Below, one piece after another: positions 44,301-61,800 of a DNA stretch of 64,000 nt; position 1 is the first letter of the stretch, and the number at the start of each line of letters is the position of its first letter. The position numbers were made by a program, and so were the translations under genes. The notes beneath the pieces are model-generated. The model worked only from the letters and a program-made list of their open reading frames with translations, did not search any database and had not been told where the DNA came from. The stretch is from positions 401,202,001-401,266,000 of the forward strand of contig OZ024740.1 of assembly GCA_964016885.1 (NCBI GenBank), given 5' to 3'. Origin of the DNA: Eledone cirrhosa (Eukaryota).

Positions 44301-47300
44301 CATTGAACACTATGTAGAATCAACACAACATAGAACACTATGTAGAATCAGTACACTATAGAACACTATGTAGAATCAGTACAACATAGAACACTATGTA
44401 GAATCAGTACAACATAGAACACTATGTAGAATCAGTACAGTATGGAACACTATGTAGAATCAGTACAGTATAGAACACTATGTAGAATCAGTACAGTATA
44501 GAACACTATGTAGAATCAGTACAACATAGAACACTATGTATAATCAGTACAGTATAGACCACTATGTAGAATCACTAAAACATTGAACACTATGTAGAAT
44601 CAACACAACATAGAACACTATGTAGAATCAGTACAGTATAGACCACTATGTAGAATCAGTACAGTATAGGACACTATGTAGTATCAGTACAGTATAGAAC
44701 ACTATATTGCATCAGTACAACATAGAACACCATGCAGAATCAACTAAAAATAGAACATTACGTAGAATCAGTACAACATAGAACACTATGTAGAATCAAT
44801 ACAATATAGAACACTGTGTATAATCAGTACAGTATAGAACACTATGTAGAATCAGTACAACATAGAACACTATGCATAATCAGTACAGTATAGACCACTA
44901 TGTAGAATCACTAAAACATTGAACACTATGTAGAATCAACACAACATAGAACACTATGTAGAATCAGTACACTAAAGAACACTATGTAGAATCAGTACAA
45001 CATAGAACACTATGTAGACTCAGTACAACATAGAACACCATGTAGAATCAGTACAGTATAGAACACTATGTAGAATCAGTACAGTATTGAACACTATGTA
45101 GAATCAGTACAACATAGAACACTATGTAGAATCAGCACAGCATAGAACACTATGTAGAATCAATACAACATAGAACACTATGTAGAATTAGTACAGTATA
45201 GAACACTATGTAGGTTCAATACATTATAGAACACTATGTAGAATCAGTACATCGTAGATCACTATGTAGAATCAATACAACATAGAGCACTATGTAGAAT
45301 CAGTACAGTATAGAACACTATGTAGAATCAGTACAGTATAGAACACTATGTAGAATCAGTACAACATAGAACACCGTGTAGAATCAGTACAATATAGAAC
45401 ACTATGTATAATCAGTACAGTATAGAACATTATGTAGAATCAGTACAACATAGAACACTATGTAGAATATGTACCACATAGAACACTATGTAGAATCAGT
45501 ACAGTATAGAACACTATGTAGAATCAGAACAATATAGAACACTATGTAGAATCAGTACAACATAGAACACTATGTAGAATCAGAACACTATAGAACACTA
45601 TGTAGAATCAGTACAGTATAGAACACTATGTAGAATCAATACAATATAGAACACTGTGTATAATCAGTACAGTATAGAACACTATGTAGAATCAGTACAA
45701 CATAGAACACTATGCATAATCAGTACAATATAGACCACTATGTAGAATCACTAAAACATTGAACACTATGTAGAATCAACACGACATAGAACACTATGTA
45801 GAATCAGTACACTATAGAACACTATGTAGAATCAGTACAACATAGAACACTATGTAGACTCAGTACAACATAGAACACCATGTAGAATCAGTACAGTATA
45901 GAACACTATGTAGAATCAGTACAGTATATAACACTATGTAGAATCAGTACAACATAGAACACCGTGTAGAATCAGTACAATATAGAACACTGTGTATAAT
46001 CAGTACAGTATAGAACATTATGTAGAATCAGTACAACATAGAACACTATGTAGAATATGTACCACATAGAACACTATGTAGAATCAGTACAGTATAGAAC
46101 ACTATGTAGAATCAGAACAGTATAGAACACTATGTAGAATCAGTACAACATAGAACACTATGTAGAATCAGAACACTATAGAACACTATGTAGAATCAGT
46201 ACAGTATAGAACACTATGTAGGATCAGAACTCTATAGAACACTATGTAAAATAAGTACAACATAGAACACTATGTAGAATCAGTACAACATAGAACACCA
46301 TGTAGAATCAATTCAACATAGAACATTACGTAGAATCAGTACAACATAGAACACTATGTAGAATCAGTACAGTATAGAACACTATGTAGAATCAGAACAG
46401 TATAGAACACTATGTAGAACCAGTACGACATAGAACACTATGTAGAATCAGTACAGTATAGAACACTATGTATAATCAGTACAGTATAGAACACTATGTA
46501 GAATCAGTACAACATAGAACACTATGTAGAATCAGAACACTATAGAACACTATGTAGAATCAGTACAGTATAGAACACTATGTAGGATCAGAACTCTATA
46601 GAACACTATGTAAAATAAGTACAACATAGAACACTATGTAGAATCAGTACAACATAGAACACCATGTAGAATCAATTCAACATAGAACACTATGTAGAAT
46701 CGGTACAACATAGAACACTATGTAGAATCAGTACAACATAGAACACTATGTACAATCATTACAGTATAGAACACTATGTAGAATCAGTACATCATAGAAC
46801 ACTATGTAGAATCAGGACAGTATAGACTATTATGCAGAATCAGTGAAGTATAGAACACTATGTAGAATCACTACAACATAGAACACTATGTAGAATCAAC
46901 ACAACATAGAACGCTAGGTAGAATCCGCACAACATAGAACACTATGTAGAATCAGTACAGTATAGAATACTATGTAGAATCAGTACAGTATAGAACACTA
47001 TGTAGAATCAGTACAGTATAGAACATCATGTAGAATCAGTACAGTATAGAACACTATGTAGAATCAGTACAACATTGAACACTATCTAGAAACTGTGCAT
47101 CATAGAACACTATGTAGAATCAGTACAGTAGAGAAAACTATTTAGAATCAGTACACTATAGAACACTATGTAAAATCAGTACAACATAGAACACTATGTA
47201 GAATCAGTACAGTATAGAACACTATGTAGAATCAGTACAGTATAGAACACTATGTAGAATCAGTACAGTATAGAACACTATTTAGAATCAGTACAGTATA

Positions 47301-50300
47301 GAACACTATGTAGAATCAGTACAGTTTAGAACATTATATAGAATCAGTACAATATAGAACACTATATAGAATCAGTAAGTATAGAACACTATGTAGAATC
47401 AGTACAGTATAGAACACTATGTAGAATCAGTACAGTATAGAACACTATGTAGAATCAGTACAGTATAGAACACTATGTAGAATCAGTACAACATAGAACA
47501 CTATGTAGAATCAGAACACTATAGAACACTATGTAGAATCAGTACAGTATAGAACACTATGTAGGATCAGAACACTATAGAACACTATGTTTAAATCAGT
47601 ACAGCATAGAACACTATGTAGAATCAATACAACATAGAACACCATGTAGAATCAATTCAACATAGAACATTACGTAGAATCAGTACAACATAGAACACTA
47701 TGTAGAATCAGTACAGTATAGAACACTATGTAGAATCAGAACAGTATAGAACACTATGTAGAACCAGTACGACATAGAACACTATGTAGAATCAGTACAG
47801 TATAGAACACTATGTATAATCATTACAGTATAGAACACTATGTAGAATCAGTACAACATAGAACACCATGTAGAATCAACTAAAAACAGAACATTACATA
47901 GAATCAGTACAACATAGAACACTATGTAGAATCGGTACAACATAGAACACTATGTAGAATCAGTACAACATAGAACACTATGTAGAATCAGCACAGCATA
48001 GAACACTCTGTAGAATCAATACAACATAGAACACTATGTAGAATTAGTACAGTATAGAACACTATGTAGAATCAGTACACTATAGAACACTATGTAGAAT
48101 CAGTACAGTATAGAACACTATGTAGAATCAGTACAGTATAGAACACTATGTAGAATCAGTACAGTATAGAACACTATGTAGAATCAGTACAACATAGAAC
48201 ACTATGTAGAATCAGAACACTATAGAACACTATGTAGAATCAGTACAGTATAGAACACTATGTAGGATCAGAACACTATAGAACACTATGTAAAATCAGT
48301 ACAACATAGAACACTATGTAGAATCAGTACAACATAGAACACCATGTAGAATCAATTCAACATAGAACATTACGTAGAATCAGTACAACATAGAACACTA
48401 TGTAGAATCAGTACAGTATAGAACACTATGTAGCACCAGTACAACATAGAACACTAGAACACTATGTAGAACCAGTACAGTATAGAACACTACGTATAAT
48501 CAGTACAGTATAGAACACTATGTAGAGTCAGTAAGTATAGAACACTATGTAGAAGCAGTACAACATAGAACACCATGTAGAATCAACTAAAAATAGAACA
48601 TTACTTAGAATCAGTACAACATAGAACACTATGTAGAATCGGTACAGTATAGAGCAATATGTAGAATCAGTACAACATAGAACACTATGTAGAATCAGCA
48701 CAACATAGAACACTATGTAGAATGAGAACACTATAGAACACTATGTAGAATCAGTACAGTATAGAACACTATGTAGGATCAGAACACTATAGAACACTAT
48801 GTAAAATCAGTACATCATAGAACACTATGTAGAATCAGTACAGTATTGAACACTATGTAGAATCAGTACAGTATAGAACACTATGTAGAATCAGTACAGT
48901 ATAGAACACTATGTAGAATCAGTACAGTATAGAACATTATGTAGAATCAGTACAACATAGAACACTATGTAGAATATGTACCACATAGGTCACTATGTAG
49001 AATCAATTCAACATAGAACATTACGTAGAATCAGTACAACATAGAACACTATGTAGAATCAGTACAGTATAGAACACTATGTAGAATCAATAAGTATAGA
49101 GCACTATGTAGAATCAGTACAGTATAGAACACTATGTAGAATCAGTACACTATAGAACACTATGTAGAATTAGTAAGTATAGAACACTATGTAGAATCAG
49201 TACAGTATAGAACACTATGTAGAATCAGTACAATATAGAACACTATGTAGAATCAGTAAGTATAGAACACTATCTAGAATCAGTACAGTATAGAACACTA
49301 TGCAGAATCAGTACAACATAGAACACTATGTAGAATCAGTACAGTATAGAACACTATGTAGAATCAGTACACTATAGAACACTATGTAAAATCAGTACAA
49401 CATAGAACACTATGTAGAATCAGTACAGCATAGAACACTATGTAGAATCAGTACAACATAGAACACCATGTAGAATCAATTCAACATAGAACATTACGTA
49501 GAATCAGTACAACATAGAACACTATGTAGAATCAGTACAACATAGAACACTATGTAGAATCAGTACATCATAGAACACTATGTAGAATCAGTACAGTATA
49601 GAACACTATGTAGAATCAGTACAATATAGAACACTATGTAGAATCAGTAAGTATAGAACACTATGTAGAATCAGTACAGTATAGAACACTATTTAGAATC
49701 AGTACAGTATAGAACACTATGTAGAATCAGTACAGTATAGAACACTATGTAGAATCAGTACAGTATAGAACACTATGTAGAATCAGTACAACATAGAACA
49801 CTATGTAGAATCAGTACAACATAGAACACTATGTAGAATCAGTACAGTATAGAACACTATGTAGAATCAGTACAACATAAAACACGATGTAGAATCAGTC
49901 CAACATAGAACACTATGTAGAATCAGTACAACATAGAACACTATGTAGAATCAGTACAACATAGAACACCATGTAGAATCAATTCAACATAGAACATTAC
50001 GTAGAATCAGTACAACATAGAACACTATGTAGAATCAGTACAGTATAGAACACTATGTAGAATCAGAACAGTATAGAACACTATGTAGCACCAGTACAAC
50101 ATAGAACACTAGAACACTATGTAGAACCAGTACAGTATAGAACACTACGTATAATCAGTACAGTATAGAACACTATGTAGAGTCAGTAAGAATAGAACAC
50201 TATGTAGAAGCAGTACAACATAGAACACCATGTAGAATCAACTAAAAATAGAACATTACGTAGAATCAGTACAACATAGAACACTATGTAGAATCGGTAC

Positions 50301-53300
50301 AGTATAGAGCACTATGTAGAATCAGTACAACATAGAACACTATGTAGAATCAGCACAACATAGAACACTATGTAGAATGAGAACACTATAGAACAATATG
50401 TAGAATTAGTACAGTATAGAACACTATGTAGGATCAGAACACTATAGAACACTATGTAAAATCAGTACATCATAGAACACTATGTAGAATCAGTACAGTA
50501 TAGAACACTATGTAGAATCAGTACAGTATAGAACACTATGTAGAATCAGTACAGTATAGAACACTATGTAGAATCAGAACACTATAGAACACTATGTAGA
50601 ATCAGTACAGTATAGAACACTATGTAGTATCAGTACAACATAGAACACTATGTAGAATCAGCACAACATAGAACACTATGTAGAATCAATACAACATAGA
50701 ACACTATGTAGAATCAGTACAACATAGAACACTATGTAGAATAAGTACAGTATAGAGCACTATGTAGAATCAGTACAACATAGAACACTACGTAGAATCA
50801 ATACAACATAGAACACTATGTAGAATCAGCACAACATAGAACACTATGTAGAATCAATACAACATAGAGCACTATGTAGAATCAGTACAACATAGAACAC
50901 TATGTAGAATCAGCAAAACATAGAAAACTATGTAGAATCAATACAACATAGAACACTATGTAGAATCAGTACAACATAGAACACTATGTAGAATCAGCAC
51001 ACCATAGAACACTATGTAGAATCAATACAACATAGAACACTATATAGAATCAGTACAACATAGAACACAATGTAGAATCAGTACAGTATAGAGCACTATG
51101 TAGAATCAGTACAACATAGAACACTACGTAGAATCAATACAACATAGAACACTATGTAGAATCAGCACAACATAGAACACTATGTAGAATCAATACAACA
51201 TAGAGCACTATGTAGAATCAGTACAACATAGAACACTATGTAGAATCAGCAAAACATAGAAAACTGTGTAGAATCAATACAACATAGAACACTATGTAGA
51301 ATCAGTACAACATAGAACACTATGTACAATCATTACAGTATAGAACACTATGTAGAATCAGTACAACATAGAACACTATGTAGAATCAGGACAGTATAGA
51401 CTATTATGCAGAATCAGTGCAGTATAGAACACTATGTAGAATCAGTACAACATAGAACACTATGTAGAATCAACACAACATAGAACGCTAGGTAGAATCC
51501 GCACAACATAGAACACTATGTAGAATCAGTACAGTATAGAACACTATGTAGAATCAGTACAGTATAGAACACTATGTAGAATCAGTACAGTATAGAACAT
51601 CATGTAGAATCAGTACAGTATAGAACACTATGTAGAATCAGTACAACATTGAACACTATCTAGAAACTGTGCATCATAGAACACTATGTAGAATCAGTAC
51701 AGTAGAGAAAACTATTTAGAATCAGTACACTATAGAACACTATGTAGAATCAGTACAGTATAGAACACTATGTAGAATCAGTACAGTATAGAACACTATG
51801 TAGAATCAGTACAGTATAGAACACTATTTAGAATCAGTACAGTATAGAACACTATGTAGAATCAGTACAGTTTAGAACATTATATAGAATCAGTACAATA
51901 TAGAACACTATATAGAATCAGTAAGTATAGAACACTATGTAGAAGCAGTACACTATAGAACACTATGTAGAATCAGTACAGTATAGAACACTATGTAGAA
52001 TCAGTACAGTATAGAACACTATGTAGAATCAGTACAACATTGAACACTATCTAGAAACTGTGCATCATAGAACACTATGTAGAATCAGTACAGTAGAGAA
52101 AACTATTTAGAATCAGTACACTATAGAACACTATGTAGAATCAGTACAGTATAGAACACTATGTAGAACCAGTACTGTATAGAACACTATGTAGAATCAG
52201 TACAGTATAGAACACTATTTAGAATCAGTACGGTATAGAACACTATGTAGAATCAGTACAGTTTAGAACATTATATCGAATCAGTACAATATAGAACACT
52301 ATATAGAATCAGTAAGTATAGAACACTATGTAGAAGCAGTACACTATAGAACACTATGTAGAATCAGTACATTATAGAACACTATGTAGAATCAGTACAG
52401 TATAGAACACTATGTAGAATCAGTACAGTATAGAACACTATGTAGAATCAGTACAACATAGACCACTATGTAGAATCAGTACAGTATAGACCACTATGTA
52501 GAATCAGTACAGTATAGGACACTATGTAGAATCAGTACAGTATAGAACACTATGTAGAATCAGTACAGTATAGTACACTATGTAGAATCAGTACAACATA
52601 GAACACTATGTATAATCAGTACAGTATAGACCACTATGTAGAATCACTAAAACATTGAACACTATGTAGAATCAACACAACATAGAACACTATGTAGAAT
52701 CAGTACAGTATAGAACACTATGTATAATCAGTACAGTATAGAACATCATGTAGAATCAGTACAGTATAGAACACTATGTAGAATCAGTACAACATTGAAC
52801 ACTATCTAGAAACTGTGCATCATAGAACACTTTGTAGAATCAGTACAGTAGAGAAAACTATTTAGAATCAGTACACTATAGAACACTATGTAAAATCAGT
52901 ACAACATAGAACACTATGTAGAATCAGTACAGTATAGAACACTATGTAGAATCAGTACAGTATAGAACACTATGTAGAATCAGTACAGTATAGAACACTA
53001 TTTAGAATCAGTAAGTATAGAACACTATGTAGAATCAGTACAGTTTAGAACATTATATAGAATCAGTACAATATAGAACACTATATAGAATCAGTAAGTA
53101 TAGAACACTATGTAGAATCAGTACAGTATAGAACACTATGTAGAATCAGTACAGTATAGAACACTATGTAGAATCAGTACAGTATAGAACACTATGTAGA
53201 ATCAGTACAACATAGAACACTATGTAGAATCAGAACACTATAGAACACTATGTTTAAATCAGTACAACATAGAACACTATGTAGAATCAGTACAACATAG

Positions 53301-56300
53301 AACACCATGTAGAATCAATTCAACATAGAACATTACGTAGAATCAGTACAACATAGAACACTATGTAGAATCAGTACAGTATAGAACACTATGTAGAATC
53401 AGAACAGTATAGAACACTATGTAGAACCAGTACGACATAGAACACTATGTAGAATCAGTACAGTATAGAACACTATGTATAATCAGTGCAGTATAGAACA
53501 CTATGTAGAATCAGTACAACATAGAACACCATGTAGAATCAACTAAAAACAGAACATTACATAGAATCAGTACAACATAGAACACTATGTAGAATCGGTA
53601 CAACATAGAACACTATGTAGAATCAGTACAACATAGAACACTATGTAGAATCAGCACAGCATAGAACACTCTGTAGAATCAATACAACATAGAACACTAT
53701 GTAGAATTAGTACAGTATAGAACACTATGTAGAATCAGTACACTATAGAACACTATGTAGAATCAGTACAATATAGAACACTATGTAGAATCAGTACAGT
53801 ATAGAACACTATGTAGAATCAGTACAGTATAGAACACTATGTAGAATCAGTACAACATAGAACACTATGTAGAATCAGAACACTATAGAACACTATGTAG
53901 AATCAGTACAGTATAGAACACTATGTAGGATCAGAACACTATAGAACACTATGTAAAATCAGTACAACATAGAACACTATGTAGAATCAGTACAACATAG
54001 AACACCATGTAGAATCAATTCAACATAAAACATTACGTAGAATCAGTACAACATAGAACACTATGTAGAATCAGTACAGTATAGAACACTATGTAGAATC
54101 AGAACAGTATAGAACACTATGTAGAACCAGTACGACATAGAACACTATGTAGAATCAGTACAGTATAGAACACTATGTATAATCAGTACAGTATAGAACA
54201 CTATGTAGAATCAGTACAACATAGAACACCATGTAGAATCAACTAAAAACAGAACATTACATAGAATCAGTACAACATAGAACACTATGTAGAATCGGTA
54301 CAACATAGAACACTATGTAAAATCAGTACAACATAGAACACTATGTAGAATCAGCACAGCATAGAACACTATGTAGAATCAATACAACATAGAACACTAT
54401 GTAGAATTAGTACAGTATAGAACACTATGTAGAATCAGTACAGTATAGAACACTATGTAGAATCAGTACATCATAGAACACTATGCAGAATCAGTACAGT
54501 ATAGAATACTATGTAGAATCAGTACAGTATAGAACACTATGTAGAATCAGTACAGTATAGAACACTATGTAGAATCAGTACAACATAGACCACTATGTAG
54601 AATCAGTACAGTATAGACCACTATGTAGAATCAGTACAGTATAGGACACTATGTAGAATCAGTACAGTATAGAACACTATGTAGAATCAGTACAGTATAG
54701 TACACTATGTAGAATCAGTACAACATAGAACACTATGTATAATTAGTACAGTATAGACCACTATGTAGAATCACTAAAACATTGAACACTATGTAGAATC
54801 AACACAACATAGAACACTATGTAGAATCAGTACACTATAGAACACTATGTAGAATCAGTACAACATAGAACACTATGTAGAATCAGTACAACATAGAACA
54901 CTATGTAGAATCAGTACAGTATGGAACACTATGTAGAATCAGTACAGTATAGAACACTATGTAGAATCAGTACAGTATAGAACACTATGTAGAATCAGTA
55001 CAACATAGAACACTATGTATAATCAGTACAGTATAGACCACTATGTAGAATCACTAAAACATTGAACACTATGTAGAATCAACACAACATAGAACACTAT
55101 GTAGAATCAGTACAGTATAGACCACTATGTAGAATCAGTACAGTATAGGACACTATGTAGTATCAGTACAGTATAGAACACTATATTGCATCAGTACAAC
55201 ATAGAACACCATGCAGAATCAACTAAAAATAGAACATTACGTAGAATCAGTACAACATAGAACACTATGTAGAATCAATACAATATAGAACACTGTGTAT
55301 AATCAGTACAGTATAGAACACTATGTAGAATCAGTACAACATAGAACACTATGCATAATCAGTACAGTATAGACCACTATGTAGAATCACTAAAACATTG
55401 AACACTATGTAGAATCAACACAACATAGAACACTATGTAGAATCAGTACACTAAAGAACACTATGTAGAATCAGTACAACATAGAACACTATGTAGACTC
55501 AGTACAACATAGAACACCATGTAGAATCAGTACAGTATAGAACACTATGTAGAATCAGTACAGTATTGAACACTATGTAGAATCAGTACAACATAGAACA
55601 CTATGTAGAATCAGCACAGCATAGAACACTATGTAGAATCAATACAACATAGAACACTATGTAGAATTAGTACAGTATAGAACACTATGTAGGTTCAATA
55701 CATTATAGAACACTATGTAGAATCAGTACATCGTAGATCACTATGTAGAATCAATACAACATAGAGCACTATGTAGAATCAGTACAGTATAGAACACTAT
55801 GTAGAATCAGTACAGTATAGAACACTATGTAGAATCAGTACAACATAGAACACCGTGTAGAATCAGTACAATATAGAACACTATGTATAATCAGTACAGT
55901 ATAGAACATTATGTAGAATCAGTACAACATAGAACACTATGTAGAATATGTACCACATAGAACACTATGTAGAATCAGTACAGTATAGAACACTATGTAG
56001 AATGAGAACAATATAGAACACTATGTAGAATCAGTACAACATAGAACACTATGTAGAATCAGAACACTATAGAACACTATGTAGAATCAGTACAGTATAG
56101 AACACTATGTAGAATCAATACAATATAGAACACTGTGTATAATCAGTACAGTATAGAACACTATGTAGAATCAGTACAACATAGAACACTATGCATAATC
56201 AGTACAATATAGACCACTATGTAGAATCACTAAAACATTGAACACTATGTAGAATCAACACGACATAGAACACTATGTAGAATCAGTACACTATAGAACA

Positions 56301-58840
56301 CTATGTAGAATCAGTACAACATAGAACACTATGTAGACTCAGTACAACATAGAACACCATGTAGAATCAGTACAGTATAGAACACTATGTAGAATCAGTA
56401 CAGTATATAACACTATGTAGAATCAGTACAACATAGAACACCGTGTAGAATCAGTACAATATAGAACACTGTGTATAATCAGTACAGTATAGAACATTAT
56501 GTAGAATCAGTACAACATAGAACACTATGTAGAATATGTACCACATAGAACATTATGTAGAATCAGTACAGTATAGAACACTATGTAGAATCAGAACAGT
56601 ATAGAACACTATGTAGAATCAGTACAACATAGAACACTATGTAGAATCAGAACACTATAGAACACTATGTAGAATCAGTACAGTATAGAACACTATGTAG
56701 GATCAGAACTCTATAGAACACTATGTAAAATAAGTACAACATAGAACACTATGTAGAATCAGTACAACATAGAACACCATGTAGAATCAATTCAACATAG
56801 AACATTACGTAGAATCAGTACAACATAGAACACTATGTAGAATCAGTACAGTATAGAACACTATGTAGAATCAGAACAGTATAGAACACTATGTAGAACC
56901 AGTACGACATAGAACACTATGTAGAATCAGTACAGTATAGAACACTATGTATAATCAGTACAGTATAGAACACTATGTAGAATCAGTACAACATAGAACA
57001 CTATGTAGAATCAGAACACTATAGAACACTATGTAGAATCAGTACAGTATAGAACACTATGTAGGATCAGAACTCTATAGAACACTATGTAAAATAAGTA
57101 CAACATAGAACACTATGTAGAATCAGTACAACATAGAACACCATGTAGAATCAATTCAACATAGAACACTATGTAGAATCGGTACAACATAGAACACTAT
57201 GTAGAATCAGTACAACATAGAACACTATGTACAATCATTACAGTATAGAACACTATGTAGAATCAGTACAACATAGAACACTATGTAGAATCAGGACAGT
57301 ATAGTCTATTATGCAGAATCAGTGAAGTATAGAACACTATGTAGAATCACTACAACATAGAACACTATGTAGAATCAACACAACATAGAACGCTAGGTAG
57401 AATCCGCACAACATAGAACACTATGTAGAATCAGTACAGTATAGAATACTATGTAGAATCAGTACAGTATAGAACACTATGTAGAATCAGTACAGTATAG
57501 AACATCATGTAGAATCAGTACAGTATAGAACACTATGTAGAATCAGTACAACATTGAACACTATCTAGAAACTGTGCATCATAGAACACTATGTAGAATC
57601 AGTACAGTAGAGAAAACTATTTAGAATCAGTACACTATAGAACACTATGTAAAATCAGTACAACATAGAACACTATGTAGAATCAGTACAGTATAGAACA
57701 CTATGTAGAATCAGTACAGTATAGAACACTATGTAGAATCAGTACAGTATAGAACACTATTTAGAATCAGTACAGTATAGAACACTATGTAGAATCAGTA
57801 CAGTTTAGAACATTATATAGAATCAGTACAATATAGAACACTATATAGAATCAGTAAGTATAGAACACTATGTAGAATCAGTACAGTATAGAACACTATG
57901 TAGAATCAGTACAGTATAGAACACTATGTAGAATCAGTACAGTATAGAACACTATGTAGAATCAGTACAACATAGAACACTATGTAGAATCAGAACACTA
58001 TAGAACACTATGTAGAATCAGTACAGTATAGAACACTATGTAGGATCAGAACACTATAGAACACTATGTTTAAATCAGTACAGCATAGAACACTATGTAG
58101 AATCAATACAACATAGAACACCATGTAGAATCAATTCAACATAGAACATTACGTAGAATCAGTACAACATAGAACACTATGTAGAATCAGTACAGTATAG
58201 AACACTATGTAGAATCAGAACAGTATAGAACACTATGTAGAACCAGTACGACATAGAACACTATGTAGAATCAGTACAGTATAGAACACTATGTATAATC
58301 ATTACAGTATAGAACACTATGTAGAATCAGTACAACATAGAACACCATGTAGAATCAACTAAAAACAGAACATTACATAGAATCAGTACAACATAGAACA
58401 CTATGTAGAATCGGTACAACATAGAACACTATGTAGAATCAGTACAACATAGAACACTATGTAGAATCAGCACAGCATAGAACACTCTGTAGAATCAATA
58501 CAACATAGAACACTATGTAGAATTAGTACAGTATAGAACACTATGTAGAATCAGTACACTATAGAACACTATGTAGAATCAGTACAGTATAGAACACTAT
58601 GTAGAATCAGTACACTATAGAACACTATGTAGAATCAGTACAGTATAGAACACTATGTAGAATCAGTACAACATAGAACACTATGTAGAATCAGAACACT
58701 ATAGAACACTATGTAGAATCATTACAGTATAGAACACTATGTAGGATCAGAACACTATAGAACACTATGTAAAATCAGTACAACATAGAACACTATGTAG
58801 AATCAGTACAACATAGAACACCATGTAGAATCAATTCAAC
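38370..58840 (+). repeat. Tandem higher-order duplication, unit about 10.0-10.5 kb (junction near 48400)
   Basis: Offset 10,050 for TAGCACC 38381/48431, TTACTTAG 38551/48601, CCACATAGGT 38931/48981 and TAGAACGCTAGG 41431/51481. Offset 10,479 for TATGG 44441/54920, ACTAAAG 44971/55450 and CAGTGAAG 46841/57320. Confidence 0.92.
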
Positions 58841-61800
58841 ATAAAACATTACGTAGAATCAGTACAACATAGAACACTATGTAGAATCAGTACAGTATAG
58901 AACACTATGTAGAATCAGAACAGTATAGAACACTATGTAGAACCAGTACGACATAGAACACTATGTAGAATCAGTACAGTATAGAACACTATGTATAATC
59001 AGTACAGTATAGAACACTATGTAGAATCAGTACAACATAGAACACCATGTAGAATCAACTAAAAACAGAACATTACATAGAATCAGTACAACATAGAACA
59101 CTATGTAGAATCGGTACAACATAGAACACTATGTAAAATCAGTACAACATAGAACACTATGTAGAATCAGCACAGCATAGAACACTATGTAGAATCAATA
59201 CAACATAGAACACTATGTAGAATTAGTACAGTATAGAACACTATGTAGAATCAGTACAGTATAGAACACTATGTAGAATCAGTACATCATAGAACACTAT
59301 GCATAATCAGTACAGTATAGAATACTATGTAGAATCAGTACAGTATAGAACACTATGTAGAATCAGTACAGTATAGAACACTATGTAGAATCAGTACAAC
59401 ATAGACCACTATGTAGAATCAGTACAGTATAGACCACTATGTAGAATCAGTACAGTATAGGACACTATGTAGAATCAGTACAGTATAGAACACTATGTAG
59501 AATCAGTACAGTATAGTACACTATGTAGAATCAGTACAACATAGAACACTATGTATAATCAGTACAGTATAGACCACTATGTAGAATCACTAAAACATTG
59601 AACACTATGTAGAATCAACACAACATAGAACACTATGTAGAATCAGTACACTATAGAACACTATGTAGAATCAGTACAACATAGAACACTATGTAGAATC
59701 AGTACAACATAGAACACCATGTAGAATCAATTCAACATAGAACATTACGTAGAATCAGTACAACATAGAACACTATGTAGAATCAGTACAGTATAGAACA
59801 CTATGTAGAATCAGAACAGTATAGAACACTATGTAGAACCAGTACGACATAGAACACTATGTAGAATCAGTACAGTATAGAACACTATGTATAATCAGTA
59901 CAGTATAGAACACTATGTAGAATCAGTACAACATAGAACACCATGTAGAATCAACTAAAAACAGAACATTACATAAAATCAGTACAACATAGAACACTAT
60001 GTAGAATCGGTACAACATAGAACACTATGTAGAATCAGTACAACATAGAACACTATGTACAATCATTACAGTATAGAACACTATGTAGAATCAGTACAAC
60101 ATAGAACACTATGTAGAATCAGGACAGTATAGACTATTATGCAGAATCAGTGCAGTATAGAACACTATGTAGAATCACTACAACATAGAACACTATGTAG
60201 AATCAACACAACATAGAACGCTAGGTAGAATCCGCACAACATAGAACACTATGTAGAATCAGTACAGTATAGAATACTATGTAGAATCAGTACAGTATAG
60301 AACCCTATGTAGAATCAGTACAGTATAGAACATCATGTAGAATCAGTACAGTATAGAACACTATGTAGAATCAGTACAACATTGAACACTATCTAGAAAC
60401 TGTGCATCATAGAACACTATGTAGAATCAGTACAGTAGAGAAAACTATTTAGAATCAGTACACTATAGAACACTATGTAAAATCAGTACAACATAGAACA
60501 CTATGTAGAATCAGTACAGTATAGAACACTATGTAGAATCAGTACAGTATAGAACACTATGTAGAATCAGTACAGTATAGAACACTATTTAGAATCAGTA
60601 CAGTATAGAACACTATGTAGAATCAGTACAGTTTAGAACATTATATAGAATCAGTACAATATAGAACACTATATAGAATCAGTAAGTATAGAACACTATG
60701 TAGAATCAGTACAGTATAGAACACTATGTAGAATCAGTACAGTATAGAACACTATGTAGAATCAGTACAGTATAGAACACTATGTAGAATCAGTACAACA
60801 TAGAACACTATGTAGAATCAGAACACTATAGAACACTATGTAGAATCAGTACAGTATAGAACACTATGTAGGATCAGAACACTATAGAACACTATGTTTA
60901 AATCAGTACAGCATAGAACACTATGTAGAATCAATACAACATAGAACACCATGTAGAATCAATTCAACATAGAACATTACGTAGAATCAGTACAACATAG
61001 AACACTATGTAGAATCAGTACAGTATAGAACACTATGTAGAATCAGAACAGTATAGAACACTATGTAGAACCAGTACGACATAGAACACTATGTAGAATC
61101 AGTACAGTATAGAACACTATGTATAATCATTACAGTATAGAACACTATGTAGAATCAGTACAACATAGAACACCATGTAGAATCAACTAAAAACAGAACA
61201 TTACATAGAATCAGTACAACATAGAACACTATGTAGAATCGGTACAACATAGAACACTATGTAGAATCAGTACAACATAGAACACTATGTAGAATCAGCA
61301 CAGCATAGAACACTCTGTAGAATCAATACAACATAGAACACTATGTAGAATTAGTACAGTATAGAACACTATGTAGAATCAGTACACTATAGAACACTAT
61401 GTAGAATCAGTACAGTATAGAACACTATGTAGAATCAGTACAGTATAGAACACTATGTAGAATCAGTACAGTATAGAACACTATGTAGAATCAGTACAAC
61501 ATAGAACACTATGTAGAATCAGAACACTATAGAACACTATGTAGAATCAGTACAGTATAGAACACTATGTAGGATCAGAACACTATAGAACACTATGTAA
61601 AATCAGTACAACATAGAACACTATGTAGAATCAGTACAACATAGAACACCATGTAGAATCAATTCAACATAAAACATTACGTAGAATCAGTACAACATAG
61701 AACACTATGTAGAATCAGTACAGTATAGAACACTATGTAGAATCAGAACAGTATAGAACACTATGTAGAACCAGTACGACATAGAACACTATGTAGAATC

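Noticed and set aside
48528-48731. 67-aa minus-strand ORF (MFSFYIVFYVVLIL...)
   Set aside because: It is a translation of the satellite with a GTG start. It is open only because C>A at 48657 turns TAG into TAT, and the duplicate at 38478-38681 keeps the stop. The hydrophobic F/Y/I/V content follows from the T-rich strand.
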